From NCBI RefSeq assembly GCF_006345805.1, contig NC_042997.1:107880001-107944000 (forward strand): a stretch of 64,000 nucleotides of DNA. The letters run 5' to 3'. Shown here piece after piece: positions 25,255 to 36,679 of this stretch (its first letter is position 1; each line of letters opens with the position of its first letter). This stretch comes from Octopus sinensis. Its lineage: Eukaryota. Made by a program: the position numbers and the translations under genes. The notes under the pieces are model-generated. The model was not told the origin of the DNA. It ran no database searches and worked only from the letters and a program-made list of their open reading frames with translations.

Positions 25255-26290
25255 GATGATGAATGATAAAAAATGCAAATCAGACATTTTTAAAGGACTG
25301 TGTAAATAAAATCGGAATTGATGTAAGGTTACAAGTCATGCAGAAGAAGCCAGCACTTCTTGGTATAAGAAGAATCTTAAAGGAATTTCTTGTCTATGAA
25401 AAGCACAAGAGAGGAATTAGTGACGGGGCTTTGTTAACTTGTTGTCTGCTCTCTTACTGCAATGAACAGACTGTTTAACATCGGTCAGAGATTTACAAAA
25501 ATGAAACAACAACAACAACAACAACAACAATAATAATAATGATGATGATGATGATGATGATAATGATAATACGGAGGTCTAAAGTTTTCCACGAAAGATG
25601 ATCAAAATCTGGGACGTCTTTCAACTATAATAAAACAGTTCAGCGACGATACTAGAATGGAGTTAAGTCTCAAGAAATGTGCTAAAGCCATATTCTTCGA
25701 AGGAGTACTTCTGAAAACTAGCAACATGCAGATTGAGAAGTTTATCTTCATCAAGGAATTAAATGTCAAAAAAAACCCAAATATTTATGCGTGTATCAAG
25801 GGAATGATATTCAGCACTCGCAAATTCGAGTTAAAATACGGATATAAATGTTATCGTAGAGTTAAATCTATTCTAAAGAGCGAACTTAATTACGAGAAAC
25901 GAAACCGATACAATCAATACCTTAGCCCATACCTGTTGTGAGCCACAGCTTTAATGTTATAAAATGGTCCATCAGTGAGAGCAGTAAAATTGATACAAAA
26001 ATACGCAAGTTTTTCACAATGCACCGCCTGCATCACCTAAAGGCAGATGTGGATAGACTATGGATCGCACGCAAGGACGGATAATAGGGACTGATGTAGC
26101 CACAGCTGCCTCTAAAGACAGCAAGCATAGGAGTAGACGCCTGTCTAAAGAACACCAATGACTGGATGCTTAAACTGGTTTGGAAATATGAGAGTACCAA
26201 GAAACTGTACTCAATATCAGAAGAAGCAAAGAAAAAGGAATTAATGATCAACAAGACTGAAGTGCAAACAAATGAAACAGAACTCACTGT
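25255..26290 (+). mobile_element. R4/Dong-type LINE fragments (a 3' end and a post-RT region)
   Basis: LQVMQKKPALLGIRRILKEFL (C-terminal motif); MELSLKKCAKAIFFEGVL, YRRVKSILKSEL, SFNVIKWS.SE.SKIDTKIRKFFTMHRLHHLKADVDRLWIARKDG. Confidence 0.8.
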
Positions 26291-26595
26291 GTGTGTGTAT
26301 GGATCTGTGTTTATATGCAGATATAAGTCTTAGGTTGTTTGTGTTAATTTTTAGCAAAATACAGGGCGAATTCACATAGTGATATAATAAAGATTAAATA
26401 TTACAGCAGGATATCATTCTATTCAGTAGATAACTGTATATGATATAGAAGTTGGTGTATATATCTGTCTATTAATATAGAATAAAATATATTAAGTGAC
26501 GGTAATAAATCGAAGCGAAATGTATATACAAACACAGACACAGTCGCCCAGTAATATGTATTATGAAATACTATCTAATATATATTAGCATATAA

Positions 26596-27000
26596 GGCGG
26601 CAAGCAGGCAGAATCGTTGGTACGCCGGACAAAGTGCTTAGGGGCATTTCGTCTGCTGTTACGTTCTGAGTTCAAATTCCGCCGAGGTCGACTTTGCCTT
26701 TCATCCTTTCGGGGTCGATTAAATAAGTACCAGTTACGCATTGGGGTCGATGTAATCGACTTAATCCGTTTGTCTGTCCTTGTTTGTTCCCTCTGTGTTT
26801 AGCCCCTTGTGAGTAGTAAAGAAATGGGCATTTCGTCCGTCTTTCCCTCCTGAATTCAAATTCCGCAGGCCGAGGTCGATTTTGCCATTCATACTTTTGG
26901 AGTCGATAAAATAAATACCAGGACTGGGGTAAGGGTTGATGTACTCGCCTTACCTTCTCTCCCGAAACTGCTGGCTTGTACTAAAATTTGAAACCAATAT
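26596..27000 (+). mobile_element. Family B SINE plus a second partial copy
   Basis: GGCGGCAAGCAGGCAGAATCGTTGG A-box, GAGTTCAAATTCCGCCGAGGTCGAC B-box region. Confidence 0.85.
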
Positions 27001-27199
27001 ATATCAATATAGATCAACACACACACACGTTCGCTTATTCTGAAAGTTCTTAGAATCTATTTGGTAACCGTCTTCATTTCATTGCCATCGTAGTCTTATG
27101 AACATGAAAAGATACCTTATCATTCATGTCAATTCTCAGGTCACAATTTGAACTCTGGGATTACAACTCATCCTGATGCTGTGTGTTTTGTGTGCTGAT

Positions 27200-27720
27200 A
27201 GCTGAGAGTTCGGAATTGTTCAGCTTTAAATTGCCTTGTACCCACATGTATTCATAACTTTTAAATCATGTTGCGTAGCATCTCCGGGTTTCTTTATCAC
27301 TTGTGATACTTTTGTAATATCTGCATAGATAACGAGGGTGGCTGTTTGTATAGCTGGAGGTATGTCTGATGGATCACTGTAAGCAATAGTACCCTCAAGA
27401 CAGAACCCTGCAGGACTCTATCCACTATGAGTGTTTCCTGGGAGAAGGCTTCATTGATTACTGACTTCTGCCTTTGAAAAGGTTGAGCAACCGCTACCCC
27501 AAGCTTTCCACAATGCCGAGGTCCAGCAGTGTTTCTCATGATTGTGTGTTTGTTGTATTATTAATGATGTTGTCGCATCTGGAAAGTGGTGGCATCTGGA
27601 AATATAGTCTAAAGCTACAATCAAGAAGTTGCACCATCTGGACTATTATTTTAGATTTTTACCTGAAACTATTAAGCGGGGAGGGTGTGTATGTGTGTGT
27701 GTGTGTGTGTGTGATGAGTA
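27200..27720 (-). mobile_element. CR1/L2-superfamily LINE reverse transcriptase fragment
   Basis: V.QGSVL.VLL, then in another frame SDIPPAIQTATLVIYADITKVSQVIK (YADD motif decayed). Confidence 0.7.
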
Positions 27721-27794
27721 ATCTTGAAAAGTTGGGTTAAGAAATTCCAAACCATTAATGGCACCATGAAAATATGGAAATCATTGCACAAGTT

Positions 27795-27817
27795 TAACAT
27801 GCACACACACATACACA

Positions 27818-27855
<38 letters not shown>

Positions 27856-28120
27856 CACACTCACACACACACATGCATACAAACACAGGCTTGCATGCAT
27901 GCACAGGTACACACGTACGCACGCACTCACACACACGCACACACGCACGCATATATGCACGCACGCAGACACGCATGCACACGCACGCACACACGCACGC
28001 ATATATGCACGCACGCACATACACACGCACGCGTGCGTACACAACACACACGCACACACACACACAGGTAAATCAGCATGCAAAAACAAAGAAAAAGTTC
28101 TTGTCGTTTAAAAATTGTTT

Positions 28121-28215
<95 letters not shown>
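27795..28215 (+). repeat. Degenerate (CA)n followed by (GA)n microsatellite
   Basis: Seen directly. Confidence 0.95.
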
Positions 28216-28312
28216 GGAGACAGAGAGGGGCAGAGAATGAGAAAACTTTTGTATGTGTGCTATGCGTGTGTGATTGTCTGTATCTACGGCTGTGTATATT
28301 AATATGTGCCAG

Positions 28313-28376
<64 letters not shown>

Positions 28377-28673
28377 TTAGGGAGTATGGCTCCAAACTTA
28401 CAGGGAAAAATTAGATTTAGGATTAAATCAAATTTCACAGCATAAATATAATAAAATATCCAGCCTTTCACATAACTTTTATAAATATATAAAATATGAA
28501 TTACTTATTATACTATATTATATTTATCATTCTTTTTATACTTTTTGGAAAAATAAATTAAATTATATATATATATATTATTTATTATATTAATTATATT
28601 TATTTTATTTGTTATTTATGTATTGGTTTATGTCTATCACCGTTTGAGTTGCCTAATAGTGGTTTTATCTCTA

Positions 28674-28705
<32 letters not shown>

Positions 28706-28773
28706 TGATAAAACGGTAAGATAACAAAAGAAAGAAAGAGACCTCAATATTATGTAAATAGAGATAATTTATC

Positions 28774-28991
28774 TATACAATAATATGTTACATTACTCGG
28801 TAGTCAAGATAAAACTCTGAGTTTCAGATGCCGAAGTGGAAATCCACAACACCATCTCTTCGGTTATCTGGCTATTTGAAAACGCTATCGTTTTCAAATA
28901 GCCAGATAACCGAAGAGATGGTGTTGTGGATTTCCACTTCGGCATCTGAAACTCAGAGTTTTATCTTGACTACCGAGTAATGTAACATATT

Positions 28992-28999
<8 letters not shown>
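28774..28999. repeat. Perfect palindrome, 111-bp arms, 4-nt loop (CTAT, 28885-28888)
   Basis: Arms compared base by base and found identical. Confidence 0.95.
28904..28966 (+). ncRNA. Type-I hammerhead (U4C variant) inside the palindrome; mirror copy on minus at 28807-28869
   Basis: AGATAA CCGAAGA GATG..gtgga tt tccac..CATC t GAA ACTCAGAGT T TTATCT; helix I 6 perfect bp, GUU triplet. Confidence 0.7.
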
Positions 29000-29065
<66 letters not shown>

Positions 29066-29514
29066 ATATTATAATATACATATATTAAAACGACACTTAT
29101 TTTCCGAATAAACTTCAAATCTCTTTACTCTGTGTATGCGTATTTTGTGTGTGTCTGTAAGTGTATTTTCCGAATGAAAACTTCAAATCGATTTGATCAA
29201 ACTACAAAATGAAGTTGCCTCTGAGATGATCCCAGTTTTTTTTTTTTTTGAGGGGCCTGCTACTTTTGGACAGGGAAAAATCGATCCAATCATCAACTGA
29301 CTGATCTGCTCATGAGTCATCGACTCCTGATTATGAAAACTAAAGCTAACAGTCCATCAGCATGATTTGAACACAGAACATAGAGACAACAGACAGGAAA
29401 TTTATTCTGCTTTCTACCAACTGCGCCACTTGCCGGCCACTGGGGGTAGTTAAGTAAACTACAATCAGACACGGTTCAGTGTTTAATAAATGGAATTGAC
29501 GAAGGCTAAATAGC

Positions 29515-29770
29515 TTAAAGAAGATAATTTTTATCAGTGAAGGGTAAATAGATTTAAAGATGAGAAATTGAATTAATGAGTGGTAAATGTATTAAAAGTA
29601 AATAAATTTAATTAATGAAAAGGAAATATATTTAAGGTAAATAAATTTAATTAGCGAAGAGTAAATATATTTAAAGAAGATGGGTTGAATTAATGAAAGG
29701 TGAATACATTTAGAGAAAACGAATTTAATTAATGAGACGGAATGTATTTAAGATAAATTGAATTAATGAC
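29515..29770 (+). repeat. Degenerate AT-rich minisatellite (about 36-38 bp unit)
   Basis: Recurrent ...aaatt(t/g)aattaatga...aa(t/a)(a/g)tattta... units. Confidence 0.6.
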
Positions 29771-30525
29771 GTAAACTTTTTTGATTTGCTTATGAGGTCT
29801 CGAACCTGCTTATCAATAGTTGTAGAAATAAGTGTTTTGAAACTGTGGCCCGCAACGGAAGGTTTGTCCTCAAGGGAATCAGTGCTAATTCATAACATTA
29901 ATAATTTATGGCTATATACACAAATACTTAAGATAAAAAGGTCGGCAGAGTGACAATATTTGTCATGCATTACTGGAAAAGATAAAAGTGATTAGGCGAT
30001 TCTTTCTGCAAGGAGTTGGGTTGTGAGCAGTGAGTTCGCATGACGGTAAGGACCTTGCACTTACTGACACATTCATAGATGTAAATAAGTGCTATAGATA
30101 CGGATTAGTTCTCTTCCGTTACCCGGCAGAGCACTGTGTATTTAAAGTGTTTGGTTTGCGCGTAGGGTTGTGTTTAAACTTTGTTGTGCTTAAAGACTTA
30201 GTTTAAAGAATTAAGGGCCCCCCAAAAAAGTGTTTCCCCCTTCCTCTGCTAAATCAGGGGTTCCTAACCATATTTTACCGATGGATCCCTTTGGTTCCTA
30301 TTTTACTCGGCTATACCCTAACCCTTACCATTCAATATTTTAAAAATTCCTACTGTATAAAAAATTAAAATATTTTGTGTGTTATGGAAGCATGAGCAAT
30401 TCCTTGCACATAAATTTTAACAACAAAATTTTATATGAACTGCCAAGAGTTGGGATCCACTTTGCTGCAAGAACATGAAATGGTGCGTGGTGCGAGCACT
30501 GCAACCAAAAGAGAGATATACATAC

Positions 30526-30873
30526 CTGGAAGCCACTGCATAGTCGCAGTCTGTAGAATACAGGAACTACGCAATGTGCACAAAAAGCATAGTTGAGGAA
30601 ATAAGATAATCCAGTTAAGTAATAAACACCTCCGTATATGATGACATCTTGTGGCACTCCAAGAATAAATATTCCTGACACTAAACTGGCTGTCATGGAC
30701 AAAGACACGGGGAAGATATTCATCTTTCTATCGGCAACAAGCAGTTCGGACGCTGTTAAATCACTTTCTTTTCTTCTTTTTAGCATTTGATAAATTCCAA
30801 TCGACAACGATATGATGATGGCCGAAGCGAAAAGCAAGTAGTCTGGCCAAGTGAAAACGTTGCTCCCGGCCAT
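30526..30873 (-). CDS. SLC5A: First coding exon of an SLC5 sodium:solute symporter (SMCT/SMVT/NIS-like); rest of gene not found in window
   Basis: MAGSNVFTWPDYLLFASAIIISLSIGIYQ...ELLVADRKMNIFPVSLSMTASLVSGIFILGVPQDVIIYGG...VVPVFYRLRLCSGFQ matches the SLC5 N-terminus (DY..F...L.IS..IG; R.M...PV.LS..AS..S....LG.P; PVFY.L). ATG in acaATGG context with an in-frame TAG upstream at 30922-30924. Donor CAG|GTATGT at 30525 is phase 0 after codon 116, the same position as intron 1 of vertebrate SLC5A5/A8 (TSTYE|YLE). Paralogue not resolved. Confidence 0.9.
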
Positions 30874-31276
30874 TGTCAGATGTTGTGAAGAAATGGTTTG
30901 TAAATCGATTAAATGGTATGACTACAACAACAACAGCGGCAACTACAACAACAATAACAATTATAACCAAAATGACAAATCCATCAATAACAGAAATTTC
31001 AGATCACATCTGCTGCGATGAGTGGCACAAGGCTAACATTGTTTTTCTCTCGCAAGAATTTCTTCCAAGTCAATCCAAACTGTTTATTTCACAGTAACCC
31101 ACGTGTTGTTGTAGTTTAGTCAAACATTAGCGACTTCTTGCTTTTAGATTTTTATTTGTATCTGAGAACTTTTCTTCTCTTGGAATACGTCTTGCTTCAT
31201 TCAGTCAATAAAACAGGAATTTTCTTTTTCTTTTTCTTTAAAACGGGCCAAAAAGAGAGAGAGAAAGAGAAAGAGG

Positions 31277-31328
<52 letters not shown>

Positions 31329-31759
31329 CGGTTGAACAGTTTTTTTTTGTCTGCTGGTATGTCTTGCAGGTGTAGTGTCTGTCTACACACATACGCACAT
31401 TAGTAACGTTTACAGCGCATAAAAGACCAATAAAGTAGTTTCAACTGTTTATGGGAAACAATCGGTGGCTTCTTCGCACTGTTTGTTCATTCATATCACG
31501 TTTCACGGCATCAAAGCGTCTCCGTCGTCGTAATCTACGCAAATACTGAATGAAACAATAATTATATAGGGACAGAAGCAGGAAGAAAAGAGAGAATGAA
31601 GCCGTAGCAGTCGACAACGACGACTGGTGCTACTTTTGTGAGCTCATAACCTGTAAACTCCGCCTATATTTATTTGTCCAGTAAAGAGGTACAGAATGAC
31701 GTAAGAGAGACCGCCAAATTTAATAGAGCACACACGCCATTTAATTGGCTACAGACGAC

Positions 31760-32185
<426 letters not shown>

Positions 32186-32612
32186 CATCTAGGGTGTTTG
32201 GTTGTTCCAACGCCTTAGCCTTGTCGGGTCCCGTTGAACCTTGTTGTGTGCAACCAACTGAGGCCCTTGGTGTTGAATTGATGTTTTTTTCTTTCTTTTT
32301 CTTTCTTCCACTTATTCCTCTTCGTTTTTCTTTTCTTTTTCCTTTTCTTTCTTCTTCGCTCGTGTTTGTGCTTTGCTCGGTTTTGCATTTGTATTTCAAT
32401 GTGCTTTTTCTATTATATTTCTGCCAAATTCTGTTTAACGCTGGTTGTAAATTTTCTTAATAAAGAGTTGCATTCAATCGGCTGAAACTTACACAAGTGA
32501 CTCGAGAGGCCAGAGGTTTTTGTGTAAGTGTCATGCACGAAACTCTCGGTCTTCGAGTTACTTTTGCAGTTGCTGTTAATGTAAAAAAAAAAAAAAATTT
32601 TAATTGTATATA

Positions 32613-32992
32613 GGCGCAGGAGTGGGTGTGTGAATAGACGCAGGAGTGGGTGTGTGAATAGACGCAGGAGTGGCTTCCCAACCACATGGTTCTAAGTTCA
32701 GTTCCACAGTGTGGCAACCTTAGGCAAGTGTCTTCTACTATAGCCTCGGGCCGACCAAAGCCTTGTGAGTGGATTTGGTAGACGGAAACTGAAAGAAGCC
32801 TGTTGTATATATATATATATATGCATTTGTGTGTTTGTGTTTGTTCCCCCAACATCGCTTGACAACTGATGTTGGTGTGTTTACGTCCCGTAACTAGGCT
32901 TACAAAGAGTAAGTCCCGGAGTCCAGTTGTTAGACTAAAGGTGGTGCTCCATCATGGCTGCATTCAAAATGACTGAAATAAGTAAAAGAATA
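32613..32992 (+). mobile_element. Family A SINE with triplicated 24-bp head
   Basis: (AGGCG/AGACG)CAGGAGTGGGTGTGTGAAT twice plus a third partial unit, then the normal body and tail. Confidence 0.85.
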
Positions 32993-33425
32993 TAATCTTA
33001 TACCGAGTTTATTTCTGTTTGCGCCATCAAACCTATATGTGTGTGTGTGTATGTGTGTGTATGTGTTTTAGTCTTGGCGTGTGGATGTGTTTGTATATAT
33101 ATACACACGCATTTCCACACACATACACACACACACACACACACATATTTGTATATAATGCTTAAACATAGAATGAAGTGTATACTGTCTGACATATATA
33201 TATATGTGTGTGTGTGGTTGTGCGCACGCGCGCGTGTGTGAGTGTATGAATATATGAATGAAAGTATGTGTGTCTATCAACCACAAACACACTGATGCCA
33301 CCAGTGAAAGGCTTCGTTGAATGAACAACGAGAATATTCATCGAGGATACCGACGGAGATCCATTTACTATTTCAGTTGTTACTTTTTTACTTCCTTGTT
33401 GCATTATGTATAAAAAAGAACAATA

Positions 33426-33478
<53 letters not shown>

Positions 33479-33491
33479 CACCACCACCACC

Positions 33492-33532
<41 letters not shown>

Positions 33533-33647
33533 ACTACTACTACTACTACTACTACTGATGCTACTCGTAAACGCAGTTTAAACATAGACACGCACACACA
33601 CGCACATTCATGAATATGTATATGCATGTGTTTATATATATGTGTGC

Positions 33648-33679
<32 letters not shown>

Positions 33680-33772
33680 ACATATTAGGCGGAGCTATCA
33701 AGTTAGACATGGCCTGGACCAATCTTTGGTCGAAGCATATCTAAATTTTATGTATAAATGTATATATATATA

Positions 33773-33819
<47 letters not shown>

Positions 33820-33856
33820 GTATGTATATATACATGTATGTATATATGTATATGTA

Positions 33857-33897
<41 letters not shown>

Positions 33898-34085
33898 GGT
33901 TAAGTAATTGAGATTCTAGTGAATTCTAAAGAATTCACATGAATATGGTCCTTAACCAGGATGCACCGGATATCTATATGGTGTTAGCCATACGACAAGT
34001 GGGGTGATTATAAATAGGAAAAAAGCAACAATGGATTAAAATCTCGGTACGATCGTTTCGTACGAGGACATCTTTAATAAGCATC

Positions 34086-34161
<76 letters not shown>

Positions 34162-34247
34162 ATATAATATATGTATGTATATATGTATATATGTATGTAT
34201 ATGTATGTGTATATATATATGTGTATATATATGTATATATATATATT

Positions 34248-34311
<64 letters not shown>

Positions 34312-34351
34312 TATATTATATATATATATATATAATATATTCTTTTATTCT

Positions 34352-34752
34352 TTTACTTGTTTCAGTCATTTGACTGCAGCCATACTGTAGCACCGCCTTT
34401 ATTCGACCAAATAGACCCCAGGACTTATTCATTGTAAGCCTAGTATTTATTCTATCGCTCCGTTTTGCCGAACTGCTAGTTTACAAGGACGTAAAAACAC
34501 CAATATCGGCTGTCAAGCGATATTGAGGGGACAAGCACACGCACGCACACACACATACACACACACACATATACACACACATACACACACACAAACACAC
34601 ATATACGATGGGTTTCTTTCAGTTTCCATCGACCAAATTCACTCACAAGGCTTTGGTTGGTCCAAGGCTATGGTAGAAGATACTTGCCCAAGGGGCAAAG
34701 CAGTGGGACTGAACCCGGAACCATGTGGTTGGTAAGCAAACTACCAACCACA
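34352..34752 (-). mobile_element. Family A SINE
   Basis: Reverse complement of the 21595 pattern. Confidence 0.85.
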
Positions 34753-34756
34753 CATA

Positions 34757-34805
<49 letters not shown>

Positions 34806-34806
34806 G

Positions 34807-34936
34807 TAAACAATTTATAAGTAAGGGCAAAGGAAAAAAATTCTAATGCCAAAATATGCCGAAAATAGACATGTCTATTTTCGGCATATTTTGGCATTAG
34901 AAATTGTTTCTTTTGCCCTTACTTATAAAATGTTTA
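34807..34936. repeat. 130-bp near-perfect palindrome with no loop (centre AGACA|TGTCT)
   Basis: taaacaatttataagtaagggcaaa...gccgaaaatagaca / tgtctattttcggc...tttgcccttacttataaaatgttta. Confidence 0.9.
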
Positions 34937-35031
34937 TAAATTTAACCTTTAAACGTATTTTTTAATATGCTGGCCATTGATAGAATTTTTTTCGAAAAAT
35001 TTTATCCTATATTTGATGTATATATATATGC

Positions 35032-35106
<75 letters not shown>

Positions 35107-35107
35107 A

Positions 35108-35161
<54 letters not shown>

Positions 35162-35309
35162 TGTGTATCTGTGTGTGTGTGTGGCCTTAGAATTAGAATG
35201 TCATCGGTACAGTATTATCTAATTAACGATTTGTTAATAGTTAATCATTAAAACAGAAAAATTGCCAGAAACGCCATTCCTATCCATTTTTGACACACAC
35301 ACACATATT

Positions 35310-35514
35310 TTACTTGTTTCAATCATTGGACTGCGGCCATGCTGCAGCACTACCTTGAAGAATTTTAGTCGAACGAATTGATCCCAGTACTAATCATTTT
35401 TAAAGCCTGGTACTTATTCTATCGCTATCTTTAGGGGGCATAAACACACCAACACCGGTTGTCGAGCAGTGGGAGAAAGACAAACACAGATACAAACACA
35501 CACACGCGCACACA

Positions 35515-35562
<48 letters not shown>

Positions 35563-35705
35563 ACACCAAAGAGCTTCTTTCAGGTTCCACCTATTAAGTG
35601 CACTCACACAACTGGTTTGCCAGAAGCCTAGAGTAGAAGACACTTAGTCAAGGTACCAAAGGTGGGACTGAACCCGGAACCATAAAGTTGAGAAGCCACA
35701 CCTGC
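35310..35705 (-). mobile_element. Family A SINE (diverged)
   Basis: Reverse complement has the same head, body and tail segments. Confidence 0.75.
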
Positions 35706-35838
<133 letters not shown>

Positions 35839-35932
35839 CCGGTCTGCCCGTCCGTCCATCCGTCCGTCTGTCTGTCTGTCCGTCTCTCTCTCTCTCTCTC
35901 TGTCTATCTCTCTCTATCTATCTATCCCTCCT

Positions 35933-35963
<31 letters not shown>

Positions 35964-36039
35964 CTCAATCTATAATAGATATTATTTGGTTTGGGTTCAT
36001 ATTATAATTTATACATACATACAAACATAAATAACTTCA

Positions 36040-36660
36040 AGGACAAAGAAATAGGAACCTAGTTTAGTGGAAGCCATAGCCACGCATAATAAAGAGGAGA
36101 ACTGGTGGAATGTCCCAGTGAAAACCTCAATAAAATGTAAACATAATAGATCTGATGTAATGATTTGGGACAGAGAAGAAAAACTGTGCATAGCTATAGA
36201 AATTAGCTGCCCAGTGGATAACAGAAAGCTGAAGATCAGCGCAAAAGAGAACACCTATGCTGCACTATTGAGAAATCTGCAGTTACTCTATCCTGATTAC
36301 AAGTTCAGATTTATACCAGTAATTATTGGGGCCTAAATACCAATCTTGAGAAATTAGGCTTCTCAAAACCAGAAAGGAGAAAGCTAATTCGAAGACTACA
36401 GATCTAGTCCAACACTAGAACTGTAAAAATCTGTAAAACTTTCCAGAAGTTTATCATTTAAATATATATGAGCATGTCTAGGTATGTAACTATATGCATG
36501 AGAATACATATATAAACCATACAAATCTGCACATACATACATACATACAAACAAAAATCCCCTGTTGTTGAGGTTGTTGAGGTTGAAATTCCAATGTTCT
36601 TTCTCTATTGGCAAGAAATCTTGAACCAAAACTGATTAATGACATACCTACATACATACA
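36040..36660 (+). mobile_element. R4/Dong-type LINE 3' fragment (RLE domain and 3' UTR)
   Basis: NWWNVPVKTSIKCKHNRSDVMIWDREEKLCIAIEISCPVD...KENTYAALLRNLQLLYPDYKFRFIPVIIGA. Confidence 0.88.
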
Positions 36661-36679
36661 TTCATATATATACATAGGA

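Noticed and set aside
30060-30100. Minus-strand GTAAGT donor at 30064 with a possible 27-nt micro-exon
   Set aside because: The peptide (HLFTSMNVS) does not continue the SLC5 sequence; unsupported.
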